Assembly (NCBI GenBank): GCA_038087875.1
Contig: CM075988.1
Location: forward strand, 15,688,001 to 15,748,000
Direction of reading: 5' to 3'
Length of the DNA: 60,000 nucleotides
Source of the DNA: Malacoraja senta
Taxonomy: Eukaryota
Every line of letters begins with the position of its first letter. Within the stretch, counting starts at the first letter, position 1. The notes beneath the pieces are model-generated. The model had not been told where the DNA came from and searched no databases. It saw nothing but the letters and a program-made list of their open reading frames with translations. Below are positions 48,701 to 60,000 of the stretch, piece after piece. The position numbers were made by a program, and so were the translations under genes.

Positions 48701-51700
48701 AGTGTAATGAGGTTAATGGTGATGTTGAAAGCTTTGTGTGTTGCTACTTTAATCTGCCAGGAAATCGGCACCAAGGATGTGATATTGCCGATGAAGTATT
48801 TCCTTAATCAATTTTGATTGCAGCGAGGCAACTTGAACACAAGGTTAAAGAAACTTGATGAAAAAGATGACTTCAGTGCCATTGTACTGGCAGCAGCTGG
48901 TCTGCGAAGAATGGGCTGGGAGAATCGCATCAGTCAGGTATAGCTTCTAGTAACCTATTTTGTGTTCTAACCGGAGAAGCTACTCTATTAGGGAGGCCTT
49001 TTCACAAAGCAACAGTAATACTTTCATATCGTTCCTGCATCTAAGATACTGGATCTCACTGAAGCACAGTGGGTGGCTGCTTGCACAACAATGCAGTTGT
49101 TCTTTTTTTAATGCACATCGCTTGGAATAAGAATGAAACTGCATTGAAGCATGGCAATAGAATATATACAAATCAGTAGCATTAACAGGGCAGATCCAAC
49201 CTAGAGAAATGCCAAACCAGATCAGTGTCGGACCATTTTCAGATCTAATGGTCGAAATGTGACATATACTAGATAGCATAGTGAAATAATTTGAGTAACA
49301 ATTGGAAGATGCAGTGGGGATTTTGACAGGCTTTCATTTCTGGGGAGTGGGGTGGAAAATGATGGGGCAAGTGGTCTTAATGAACTTTGTTTTGTTCCAA
49401 CAAACCTTGCACTCTGTTTCCAAGTGACAGCAAAGTTTAACATCCTATTTATTTGTACTGATTGTCCCATAGCTTCCAAGTTGAAACATCAATTTTGAGA
49501 GGTTTCTCTTCTCGTATTTGTTTTCTAAAGTGGAACTCAACCATTTACCAAAGACATTGACATCAGATAATTGTTAGGTTGCCAGAATGGATGTGGCTTT
49601 AAGATTTTCTTGTTTTTTCCTTCAGATTCTGGAGCCTGAAGATTGTATGTATGCTGTGAGTCAGGTAAGAGTGACTTGAATGATAAAGGATGATTGACTT
49701 GAAATGCCAATTCCGTTTATCTTTACAAATGCTGTTCGACTCTGAAACAACTCTTGACTGTGTGTTTGAGCAGCACACTCACGCAGTTATCTACCATTTT
49801 TGTAAATCTTACCAGGACTAATTGCATTTCTGATCAGTAAATAACAATGCATAATAAATGATTACTGGGTCAGCAATTCCAATGCTCGTTTGCACGACAG
49901 ATAATTCTCAACTTTACAAACTTGTGCAGTGTGTGTGGCTTAATGATTGGGCTTTATTTCCATGGTTACTGAATCCTGCTGTATGTTTGGTAAATAATGT
50001 ACTCAGTCCATTCATCTGCCTAAAGGTGTTTTCTAATACTTTGTTGCTGTTAATTATATTTGCATTGCTATTTGGTTTCAGGGGGCCCTTGGTGTTGAAG
50101 TCCGGGTGAATGACCCAGACATCCTGGAAATGGTTTCTGTTCTGAACGACACTGAAACAGTTCTCCGCTGCATTGCTGAACGTTCCTTCATGAAGCAACT
50201 GGTACAGTTCCAACTAAATAAAATTCTGCCATCGTATTATTGTTGTCTTTAGTTTCCAGCTTGCAGATCTATGGAATGGCACGGTCCCAGTCACGGGCGA
50301 AGCAGCTACTGACAGCTACTCACTGAATCATAAAATGCCAGAAATGCCTCAGCACACAAAAAAGCAAAGCAAAATATCATTACTATCTAAAATACTTGGC
50401 TGCCCTTTCTGTATTTCAAATACTTTCTCTTTGCCTTGTGAGTCTGCTGCGCTGTTTTTGCTGTGTTCGCTGACTTTATCCATTCAACTGCGTTTAGCAC
50501 TTGCGCTATGATGCTGAGAACTATATTCTGATTCTGTATCTTGCATGTCATTCTACCTCCTGATTTGAGTTTGGCTTGATTGTATTTATGTACAGCATTA
50601 TCTAATTTGATCGGAGAGCACGCAAACCAAAGCTTTTCACTGTAGATAGACACAAGGTGCTGGAGTAACTCAGCAGGCCAGGCAGCATCTCTGGAGAAAA
50701 AGAATGTGCGCCGTTTCGAGTTAGAACCCTTCTTCAGACCTCAGCAGTGCCTTCCCAGACAAAGCTTTTCACTGTACCTTGGTGCAAAGGACAATAATAA
50801 ACCTAAGCTAGTTATGGGGAGCCTTCGAACACTGCAATCCATTTTGTACCCTTTGATCTAAACAAGTGGTTTCCTCGCTCTTTGGTGTATTGCTGGAATC
50901 ACAGTGTCTTGGACTATATACTGCCAGCAAGTTTGTTTGTGGAAAGGAAATTAATATGCCATCAATTTACAATAAGCCAAAGACTTAGCACAGAAACAGA
51001 CATCCTTTCCAACTCATCCATGTTGACCAAGATGCCCTGTCTAAGTTAATCCCATTTGCCTGTGCTTAGCCCATATTCCCTCTAAATGTTTCCTAACCAT
51101 GAACCTGTCCAAGTGTCTTTTAAATGTTGTATTGTACCGACCTCAACTACTTACTCTGGCAGCTCGTTCCATATACCCACCATCATCTGCAGAGACAGTT
51201 GCCCATCGGATTCCAATTAAACTTTCCCCTCTCACTTTTAACCTACGCCCTCTTGTTATTTATTCCCTGACTCTGAGGAAATAGACTCTGGATTCACTCT
51301 TGACTACTTCCCCTCATGATTTTATACACCTCCATAACACATTGCAGTCACTTTCACGGATAATAGCTTTTCAATTCCAGATTTATAAAACAGAATCCAG
51401 ATTCCAAAATACCATGGGATCTGGATTGTTCAGTAACTAAATTACCACCTTGACAGACTGAGATGGCCATGGGCTAGGGGTGTGAGGGGGTTAGGGGTTT
51501 CGGTTTATTGCAGTTGGATCTGGTCCTTTCCTCCACTGTACATTTTGCATTCAATGAGAGTTGCTGTGTAGTGCATGGACATCTAGCTTATACTATATAT
51601 TTGTTTTCTCTCTATCAGTGCCCCTCTGTCTCGTTTTAATTTCAATTCTCTTCCACCCCTTCCCCCACTCCCCTCCCACCCTGAAAGCATCCTTTGGTCC

Positions 51701-53319
51701 GGTGATGCATGATGCAATTGTTCATTTTAAAAAAAGCTAATATTTATAAGTGGGGCTAAACCTGGGATCTTTTGGTTGGTACTATTCTTTAATTTTGTAC
51801 ATTTAATCTCACCCTCTTGAACCTTGTTTCTGTTATGTGGCTGTAAGATAAGAAGTAGCATAGAATCTAATAGGCTGTGTTGCATGTTCTGTGCAGGAGG
51901 GAGGTTGCAGTGTGCCTGTTGCTGTTCACAGTGTCATCAATGAAAACCAGGTAATGTTGCTTGTTTTATGACTGACATTTTTATTTTGCACTCTGTTTAG
52001 CTTGAATCCAATTTTTAATTCCCTAAATCTTCTGATTCCAGCTCTACCTCACAGGGGCTGTATACAGTCTTGATGGGTCTGACAGCTTAAAAGATACAAT
52101 GCAAACAAGTGTCTCTACTCAAACACAGGTACATTGACAATTTAAGCTGATATTTCAGTAGAGTAATGGAGGATACACTTTGAGGTATTGTCTTGAATCA
52201 AATGTTAATTTTTTAAAGAGATTTTGTGCTCTTGACAAATGTTTTTCTCTGCCTGCTCTATGAGCCAGAGGTGGCTCCCATCAGCTGCAAGTGCGGCTCT
52301 TGCCAGGACAGAGCTGGGATACTGAACAAGATTGGTTATGTGGGCAGGTTAGGCTTCCATGTCATGTTATATTAAGCACATTACAAGTTAAAGAAAGTTT
52401 GTTACATTGCAAATCTGATTATTTATGTGGAGTAACTAAATGGTTCAGACAGCATCTCTGGAACAAATGGATAGATGGCATTTCGGGTCAGAAACCTTCT
52501 GTCTGAAGATGCTCCCTGACCTGCTGAAGTACTCCAGCACATTTTTTTTGTAAACACCATCTGCAGTTCCTTGTGTCTCTGAATTTTTTTATTTCCCTAG
52601 AAATATGTCCTATTCCTCTCTGAGGGCTGCTTGTTACCCCAATGTGACACCTCCCAAATTTGCAGCATTTATACAGCACCTTATTGTATCAATGGCTTAA
52701 AGAGCTTCCCAATTATAAAAAAACAAATGAGAATTGTAATTAAATATGATTGAGATTTACATGAGGAAGTCCTACAAACAAGAGGTGGATGATCAATTAA
52801 AAAATATATCATTTTTAGATTGTTGAGAAGGGAGTCCTTGGAATATCCTCCTAGACAGGCAGCACTGGATTAGCAGCCAAGTTATGGGTCGATCATGGCT
52901 TATTGGTTCGGAAAAGAATGCCACAAATGAACCTGTACTGAACTAGAATAAGAGACGATTGATGTGGAGTGATTGTACAGGCAGACCAGTTGGGCTAATC
53001 ATCCTCTTTGGGTTGAAACATTTTATACATTTTATTCTGTAGATTCAACCCAGTTTTCAATGACCCCGTTTTCAGCTCTGAATATGTTTGAGATAAATCG
53101 CAGGCTTTCAAACTTTGTAGTACATAATTATTGTCTTCCTCTCAGGATGAAGATTGTAGCGTCGCTGATGTTCAACATGTTGGGATCACGGCAAAGAGAA
53201 TACCACACAACTCCCAGGCAGCGGCTGAAAAATTAGGAATGGACTTGGCCAATCTATTGCTTAGCAAAGGTGCCAAGGATATCCTAACTGTTGCTAGGCA
53301 GCTGAATGATTCAAGATAA
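30487..53319 (+). CDS. HMBS: Hydroxymethylbilane synthase / porphobilinogen deaminase, 14 coding exons, ~364 aa
   Basis: [47 protein letters not shown] (cofactor Cys). Internal exon sizes 73/50/56/78/78/76/114/39/120/54/87 match the human gene as I recall it. Confidence 0.98.
31300..32000 (+). mobile_element. Rex1/Babar-type LINE 3' fragment
   Basis: [21 protein letters not shown]...[11 protein letters not shown]...[10 protein letters not shown]; aatgacaataaa + (tat)n tail. Older fragments at about 27740-28020, 42040-42480, 50430-50800 and 58420-58680. Confidence 0.9.
32830..33067 (+). promoter_or_regulatory. Candidate erythroid promoter in HMBS intron 1
   Basis: AGATAA 32833, TTATCT 32919, TGAGTCA 32953, AGATAG 33053. 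Confidence 0.5.
33068..33085 (+). CDS. HMBS: Candidate alternative (erythroid) first coding exon of HMBS (MSANVW)
   Basis: gaagATG with A at -3; TGG|gtaagc strong donor; phase 0, in frame with the exon at 36415. Confidence 0.5.
36415..36480 (+). CDS. HMBS: HMBS exon 3, human numbering ([22 protein letters not shown])
   Basis: ttttag| ... |gtaggt. Confidence 0.93.
36707..36950 (+). promoter_or_regulatory. Erythroid-type motif cluster in HMBS intron 3
   Basis: GGGTGGG at 36709 and 36836, GCTGAGTCAT 36776, AGATAA 36814 and 36849, TTATCT 36945, ATTGG twice. Confidence 0.6.
37024..37122 (+). CDS. Candidate alternative HMBS exon ([33 protein letters not shown])
   Basis: 99 nt, open; preceded by catcag| and followed by CAG|gtctgt; phase 0, in frame with exon 4. 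Confidence 0.35.
37922..38155. mobile_element. hAT (Charlie-like) MITE
   Basis: TIR caggggttcccagcc / ggttgggaacccttg; 8-bp TSD aagcagtt / aagtagtt; internal aatttaccc repeats. Confidence 0.8.
38338..38410 (+). CDS. HMBS: HMBS exon 4 ([24 protein letters not shown])
   Basis: 73 nt, ttcccag| ... |gtatgt. Confidence 0.93.
40705..40754 (+). CDS. HMBS: HMBS exon 5 ([16 protein letters not shown])
   Basis: 50 nt, AG/GT. Confidence 0.96.
41255..41310 (+). CDS. HMBS: HMBS exon 6 ([19 protein letters not shown])
   Basis: 56 nt, AG/GT. Confidence 0.96.
43249..43326 (+). CDS. HMBS: HMBS exon 7 ([26 protein letters not shown])
   Basis: 78 nt; catalytic KD. Confidence 0.97.
43478..44135 (+). mobile_element. 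Penelope-like element: 5'-truncated GIY-YIG end with an inverted pLTR copy
   Basis: YIGETKRRL...[11 protein letters not shown]...[17 protein letters not shown]; 43478-43656 is the inverse of about 43919-44098; TSD atgaacatttcagt at 43464-43477 and 44136-44149. Confidence 0.9.
44401..44478 (+). CDS. HMBS: HMBS exon 8 ([26 protein letters not shown])
   Basis: 78 nt, cattacag| ... AG|gtaagg. Confidence 0.94.
44733..47842 (+). mobile_element. CR1-clade LINE with near-complete ORF2 (APE endonuclease + RT), one frameshift near 46870 and a stop at 47145
   Basis: [27 protein letters not shown] motifs; (ttctatgt) tail; TSD aacatgat at 44725-44732 and 47843-47850. Confidence 0.96.
48068..48143 (+). 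CDS. HMBS: HMBS exon 9 ([25 protein letters not shown])
   Basis: 76 nt; donor gtatcttt. Confidence 0.96.
48144..48823 (+). other. U12-type (minor spliceosome) GT-AG intron
   Basis: 5' site GTATCTTT; branch site TCCTTAAT at 48801-48808, 15 nt before the end of the intron. Confidence 0.85.
48824..48937 (+). CDS. HMBS: HMBS exon 10 ([38 protein letters not shown])
   Basis: 114 nt. Confidence 0.97.
49626..49664 (+). CDS. HMBS: HMBS exon 11 ([13 protein letters not shown])
   Basis: 39 nt, CAG|gtaaga. Confidence 0.95.
50082..50201 (+). CDS. HMBS: HMBS exon 12 ([40 protein letters not shown])
   Basis: 120 nt. Confidence 0.96.
50985..51335 (-). mobile_element. Old CR1 3' fragment
   Basis: cccatttgcctgtgcttagcccatattccctcta...cctcatgattttatacacctc resembles a reverse-complemented CR1 3' end. 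Confidence 0.6.
51897..51950 (+). CDS. HMBS: HMBS exon 13 ([18 protein letters not shown])
   Basis: 54 nt; dipyrromethane-binding Cys. Confidence 0.97.
52042..52128 (+). CDS. HMBS: HMBS exon 14 ([29 protein letters not shown])
   Basis: 87 nt. Confidence 0.96.
53146..53319 (+). CDS. HMBS: HMBS exon 15 ([20 protein letters not shown]...[21 protein letters not shown])
   Basis: cttcctctcag| ... TAA. Confidence 0.96.
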   Translation, partial: DEDCSVADVQHVGITAKRIPHNSQAAAEKLGMDLANLLLSKGAKDILTVARQLNDSR

Positions 53320-56300
53320 TGCAATGTATTTATCATAATGTGCATATTATGTGATTATTTAGGCATTCTTAAAGTTATAAATGTACAGTAACCAAAGGTA
53401 ACAGACAGTATCCCTTCCCTGTGCCTTAAGCATATCATTTGCTTCCGCAAACGTCTACAGTTTATTATAGTCTTCCCTTCTGAACTGCCCCCTAAACACA
53501 CTGGGTTGTTTCATCAGTTATCTTTCACCTGTGGCCAGTACTCTTGTCACTTTGGAGACCACATCAGTCATGTTATATGATTTGATACATTATATGTATC
53601 TTCCTGTCTTTTCCACTGGTGTGGATAGGGTGATTTTTTTTAAACCAAAATCACAGTAATAATGTAATACAGTTTATTTTTAAAAAGTACATTTGAAATG
53701 CTTATTTTGAATTATCTGTTAATTGAAATTTGAAAAGCTTCTTTTTTTAATGCTGGCTGTGCAGTTTTATTTAGTTTACACTATTGGACAAATTGAGGTT
53801 TTAGCTAAAAGTTCCCTTTGAGTGAATGAGAATAGACAACGAAATTTCATTTTGAACCAAATTCCCCTCACTGGCATGCTGTGTTTTAATGTTTGGTCCC
53901 CCTTTTGCTCAGTTGTGTCCTACTAGAATGATTAACACCACTGTAGTACCATCATTGAGAATCTTTGCCTTCTGATGAGAGTGAGTAGTGGGATTTTTCA
54001 TTCATCTGGTCATCATTGATAAGGCACAATTGATTTCCTTTTGCAAAGCAGTATTGGACAACTGCAGCCAGTAGCACATCATGCTCATTACTGGTGTTGA
54101 AAAGCCTTGCAGCAGATGGATTGTTAATGTGGAGGTACTCCACAAGAAAAGCATTGCCCATATTGCCTTCAACTGTACATGGTTCCAGAGTTCCCTGTGA
54201 CATGTGATAGTTGATTCTCCCCCCACCCACCCACACATGTAAATGTGGAGTGCCTTTGAAATAGATTGCGTTATTGGGGAGGTTTGTGAACAGTCATGAC
54301 CCTCCCACCTTGCGTTGAGTAGGAGAATGCAGAGTTTGAGGGAGAGTGGATTCACTCCCAGAGTGGCCCTTCTGGCCCTGTATCAGATGGATTGAGAAAT
54401 CACGGAACTAAATTTGACTTCAGTACATGAAAAGAATAAAAAACTGCAGATGCTGGAAATCGGAAATACAAACTAATACTGGAAACAATCAGCAGATTAG
54501 GCAACATCAGTGGAAACAGAAACAAAAGTTAATGATTCATAACCTTTCAAAGATCCTTTGTTAGAAACCTTCAACCTGAAATGTTTCCTCAGATGTTACC
54601 TGACCTGCATTTCCAGTAATTTCAATTACTAAATTAGACCAGCTTGATTTTCTTTTCAAGGCTTTATTTTTTATTTTTAAATTAGCTTAATGTTTTTGTA
54701 CTCAAAACTTTTGCTGTCAAATTTTCCTGTGGACTAATCATTTTACTTTGACGCTATAACTGAGTTTGATTGTTTTTGTCTTTCAATGTAATACATGCAA
54801 ATAGTCTTGCTTCAAGAGTTTACAGGACAGGAATGCTTGGGGAGTCTTTCCATCTCTGAGCCAGCACCACGCCAGCTGAGATGAACAAACTCAACATGGG
54901 CAGGGGTAGACTGTATGTTTTGTGGAACCCAGGAGTTTGGAGCATTCTGATGTCAATGTCAACCATGGCTCCTTGAGTTGCACACTTGCTAGTTCATCAG
55001 ATGATCATGGTTGGTTCCATCCAGAGACAAAACCCAGGCTCACTGCCTCATTTTCATATTGAAATGTGTTGCTCTGACAAATTTGTTGGGTTTTTTTTTC
55101 TGTTGAGACCTTTTCTTCCTTCTCAGTTGGAACTGAGAGATTCCGAACAATGTTGTGATGGAGTATCTGTTTCCTGACGATTATTTATCCCAAGTTAATG
55201 TTACACAAATTATAGAATCATTATCACATTGCTATTTGTCGGAGGTTGCTCAATGCAAACTGCTGGTTTTCTATGCTACAACCGTAACTGTAGAAGTACT
55301 TAGTTGACTCAAGTGTTTAAGATGTCCTGAAGTTTGAAAAGGTGCTAAATAATGGATTTCTTTATAATTTGTGACTGTACTCTGTGCAGCAGAAATGTAC
55401 ATGAGACTGTAAACTAATTTTATCATATGTTCTATTGGCCATTTACAAAGGATACTGTCTGAAAATGTATGACACAATTGATTCCTTTATACCAGAGCTT
55501 CTAATCCTAAGGCTTAGGGCTGTATTATAACAATTGTATGCTTATAAAGTAAGATGTTGTAATGCTTTTCAAAAGTAGGCCAGAAATCAGAGTTTGCTGC
55601 AAGTTACCATAGACTGCACCTACTCAAGGCTGCGGCAATAATTGCGTCATTTGCTGTCTTAGAGAGTAAACAATTTGCAGACCAAAAAAAAGGAAATCTA
55701 AACCAAAACGTGTTGAAAATCTGAGTAATGAAAGGGGAATTAATCACAGTGGGCACAGGCCTTAAAGGTTGGGCTTCTTTCTGGAGTTGGCAATTTTCAA
55801 GTAGGGAACAGAAGCAAGTATGTCATGGAGTGTTTGTTTTGCTTCTCTGCAATAATCACCATGTTTGGCTCTACTGCTGTAGTTTTCTACTATGGTGGAT
55901 AGAGTCCTTTACCTTAAAACATAAACCCTGAGGTGCCTTCTAAACTCAGACTAGCAGGAATATTGAATAATACCTGCAACTCCTATAATTTAATCGTAAA
56001 CACCTTTTTTTCTCTCTTATCTTATAAGCAATTATTAAATTATGTCAAATTCCACAACCATGCAATTGGAATTTTTTATATTTTGTGCAAAAGTGAACTG
56101 TGGATTTCCCAACCCTAACCCAGTGATTGAAGTGGACATTGTATTTTTAATCAGCACAACTTAAAGAGAAATGATAGTGTGAATGAAAAAGAATGCTTAG
56201 AAGGGGAAATTGGATTAAGAATTGACTGGGTAATAAGGAATCCCACAAATGTGGACACCTTAGTACTTCGACAACCAGAGGGACAGGATTCTGACTCGTT

Positions 56301-59199
56301 GTGACAATGAACTGGGCATATGTGCTGTCACATTCCATTTGAAAGATTCATTGAGTTATAAGAGGGTGAGGAATCAAGTGATTGTGCTAACATTAATGGG
56401 GAAATTGCAACTTAATCCTGTCAGTTTCCAATGAGTAGATTAATAGAGAACATAATAACAGTGGTGTTAAACCAGCATTCCATCTTATCCTGGTGGATTC
56501 CCAATGATGCATGTTTTCAGCATTTTTTAATTAAATTGTGCCTTCATATTTTTGCCTTTCAGTGAATGTGCTGTTGAGTCAAACTAGCATTGGGTTATGA
56601 CCTACAGGATCAACCCAGTACAACAGTTGGATAATTTCCAGCCAACAGATATATTTTTCATGTTCCTTACGGTGGATCTCTCCCTCTCTCTCGCACAGAA
56701 ACACCTATGCTCTTAAAGTATTCCTCTGAGACCTGTCACTCCATGGCTCTCTGCACAAAACTGATGTAAGTGGTGAGTTATCTCCAATGCAAATTTGAAT
56801 GTTGAAAACATTCTATAAGCAGTCGAGATAGTTTGACATTCACACAAATATTCTTTTTTTTTGCGATCCACAATTGCTTATTGAACGATGTAGGATTTTG
56901 CCTTACTGAAAACGGGTCTCCCTTCTCAAATATGATACAAAGTGCTCTGTCAAGCAGAGGCATAAATACTGATGTAGGACTGCACGCTCAGGACCTGAAT
57001 CCCCACAAATTATTCTTAAAACATATAAACATGATATTTTTTTAAATGGAAAAAAATCTTGCAAAAAGATTGACACATAATTCTATTGGTCTGGAACAGA
57101 TTTGAAGCAATGTAATGTTTACAGGGATGATTCTTTACTGTTATGCCCTTGATGCTGTAGATTCTGAAATGGGATAGCTATTATGAAATATTAACATATG
57201 GTGCTTACCCTTTGCAGTAATGACAAAATAAAACATAAGTAAAGAATTTACATTTGAAATGTTCTTTTATTTTTAAAATAAAGCCTGTGCTTGAAGTGGA
57301 GTAAATTCCAAACTAATCTGCAGAAACAATGATTCGGTAAGCAAAGAGTTAGTTCTGGGCTGAAGTTGCCCCATCAATGTGGACAGTGTTGGTAAAACCA
57401 CATTTACTTTCTCCTTTGGTTCAGGGCTGCAAATCATAACCTTTATAATGTTCTCTGCGACTACCATAGAATTTCATAAACACCCAACTCGCTCACCATT
57501 CTTAATGGGTAGTGTTTTATAGCTCAGGTTTCACTTGACATCAATGTGCACATTCCAGCAACCGTTAGCATAAAATTGTTTGGAAGGTAAACTGCTTGAT
57601 GTTCCTTCACACTGGCAGTGCATCCATTGCCACCCTTCTACCGCTCAGCATTACGATGGATACAATCACCTTGCCTAGTCTTGACTCGTTATTAGTTCGT
57701 ACAAAGGTATGTACAGTGTTCCTCACAGCACTAGAGAGTGCAGGTTACACAGTGAATGCCTGGAGCATAAACTGAATACAGAATATTATCCTGTTGGGGG
57801 AAAACAGTAGCTAGGAGTTTGCATTGATTTGAGTGGATGCATTTCTGGGGCTAATTATTGATCACCTGTAATTATGCCGTACAGTCACCTGTATGAATAA
57901 TAATTTTTCACAAAACATGGTTAGAACACTTGGCCATCAACTGCTCTGGGTTCCTGGTATTTTCCAGACTGAAGTCACTGGATGAGCTATAAGATCAGGT
58001 ATATATGGTGGTTAAATAGTTAATAGAAACAGATTAACTGTGGCCTATTTAACCAATGGAATAGCCATTAAGGGCCAACTGGCTCACAATGCCTATACAG
58101 AGATGGGGGTTTTTGTGGAGGATGCATGTAGAAAGTAGCTGCTGAATAATGCATCTCAGAAGAGAAACAAGTAAAATGTCAGTCAGGGAAGTTTGCTGTT
58201 ATACTCTTGATCCATATGTACTATTGTTGACAAGACCAGACCAGGGGATAAGTCACAAATCATCCTGATGTTAATTTTATGCAATCAGTCATATATTACA
58301 TGATTTGGATGGTTAGGTTGTTGGGGATAGTCACCACAAAGGACTGGTTACTCCCAAAACTGCCCGTGCTCTTGCCATGGTATATTATTGCCATATGAAA
58401 CGAGATAATGAAAAATTGTTTTACATGCTACCCAGTCAGATCATACTATACAAGTACAACAACTGGTGCAAAAAGAGAAAGAAAGCAGAGTGCAGGATAT
58501 GGTGTTATAGCTGCAGTGAAAGTGCAGATTTTTAAAAGTACAAGAACTGCAACGGGGATGATTGGGAATAATCCTTTGCACCTGGAAAGGATGTTCGAGA
58601 GTCGGGAAACGACAGGGAAGAAACTGTTCTTGAATCTGGTGATAAATGCTTTCAAACTTTTGTACCTTCTGCCCGACTGTAGAGCTGAGACCTAGGTCAA
58701 GGAGTTTGAAGATAAGTTTGGTTGGAATCATGGTGCTGAAGGCACAGCAGGAAGTATTAACTAAGCAGCTTAAGAATAGAGAGATTAGAACAATTCTAAA
58801 AGCTTTTGGTTGTGGCAACTGACAACACTGCCATTTTAGTTGAAACATTTTTTGTGAATGATTAAAGCATTAGAATGGGAGGGTCGTAGGCTAGTGGAGG
58901 TCTCAGAAAAGGTGGGCCAATGTGATGTAGGTATCTGAAAAATATAATGTTTAAGATTCACCAAGGAATCTTAATTGGAAAAAAAAATCATAATGACTCA
59001 GCCACCCATGTTCATTGAAAACTTCTATTTCAATTAAACATTGGGTGCAATTTACCGATTGCACCCAAACCAGAAACTACCTCATTAACCCGTCTTTCTT
59101 CTCCAGCAGGTTACACAAGCTTGACTGGTAATGATGATGGTTGCTGTGTCTTGTTTTAAAGCAGCAGGTCCCTTTGGGTGAGCTCTGTAACGGGGAGAT

Positions 59200-59381
59200 T
59201 CAATCTGCTGAGTAATCCACATTATTGCAATCCTGGTCGGGCTGTTTCCTTTTAGGCAACAGATTCCATCTCCACATTCCGATGAATGCAATCACAACAA
59301 GGCCGGCAGCAATCACAAGCACAATGCCAATAATTGGACCTGCCATGGTCATGCAGTTTTTCTTTTTGCTCTGGGTCAGAC
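59200..59381 (-). CDS. Terminal exon of an unidentified single-pass membrane protein (TM + short tail)
   Basis: Acceptor cctatttcgtag|, phase 1; GPIIGIVLVIAAGLVVIAFIGMW followed by basic RWNLLPKRK; ends NNVDYSAD*. Confidence 0.7.
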
Positions 59382-59666
59382 CTACGAAATAGGAATATAA
59401 CAATCTTTGGTCACAAACACAAAAATCCAATCTGGGTTAACAGACATAAATGTGATCTTTTCATTTGTTATGAATGGGATGTTCCCAGAACACCATCTAG
59501 TGGCTCAGAATAATGCCACTGTCTGCTGCTGACGTACAGCAGAAAAGTTTCTTGTGTATTGATACTCAAACCATATTAATGAGTATCTTAGAAAGAGCAA
59601 AGTTTAGTTTATATATTCAGCATGGAAACAGGCCATTCAACCCACTGAGTCCACGGTGACCATCGT

Positions 59667-60000
59667 TGTGTTTAAGAAGGAACTGCAGATGCTGGAAAAT
59701 CGAAGGTAGACAAAAATGCTGGAGAAACTCAGCGGGTGAGGCAGCATCTATGGAACGAAGGAAATAGGCGACGTTTTGGGTTGAGACCCTTCAGACTGAT
59801 GTGGGGGTGGGGGGTGGGGGGGGTGGGAAGAAGAAAGGAAGAGGCGGAGACTGAGAGCTGAGAAGGGGAGGGGAAAGGGAGAAAGCAGGGACTACCTGAA
59901 ATTGGAGAAGTCAATGTTCATACCGCTGAGGTGTAAACTACCCAAGCGAAATATGAGGTGCTGCTCCTCCAATTTACGGTGGGGCTCACTCTGGCCATGG
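59667..60000 (-). mobile_element. Penelope-like element 3' end (cut by the window edge)
   Basis: Reverse complement of the 43810-44135 family ([24 protein letters not shown] plus pLTR). Confidence 0.9.

Noticed and set aside
53320..54440. HMBS polyadenylation site
   Set aside because: I found no canonical AATAAA before about 54435, at the edge of a repeat; the site cannot be placed from sequence alone.

Overview
Vertebrate genomic DNA. The repeat content (CR1 LINEs, tRNA-derived V-domain SINEs, Penelope-derived short elements) points to a cartilaginous fish, probably a skate or ray; this assignment is inference. The window holds three genes. (1) A complete HMBS (porphobilinogen deaminase) gene on + at 30487-53319, with 14 coding exons and about 364 aa, a U12-type intron, and two intronic erythroid-type motif clusters each tied to a candidate alternative coding exon. 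(2) A divergently oriented 12-exon gene of about 446 aa on - at 984-20264 that I cannot name, with RFX X-boxes in its CpG island. (3) The last exon (TM plus tail) of a type-I membrane protein on - at 59200-59381. Between the two promoters lies a DIRS1-like tyrosine-recombinase retrotransposon with intact termini and ICR, an internal inversion/deletion and a nested LINE. There are also Harbinger-like and hAT-like MITEs, a complex local duplication, and many Penelope-derived elements carrying hammerhead-ribozyme cores. All exon models were read by hand from splice signals and frame continuity; no database searches were run.
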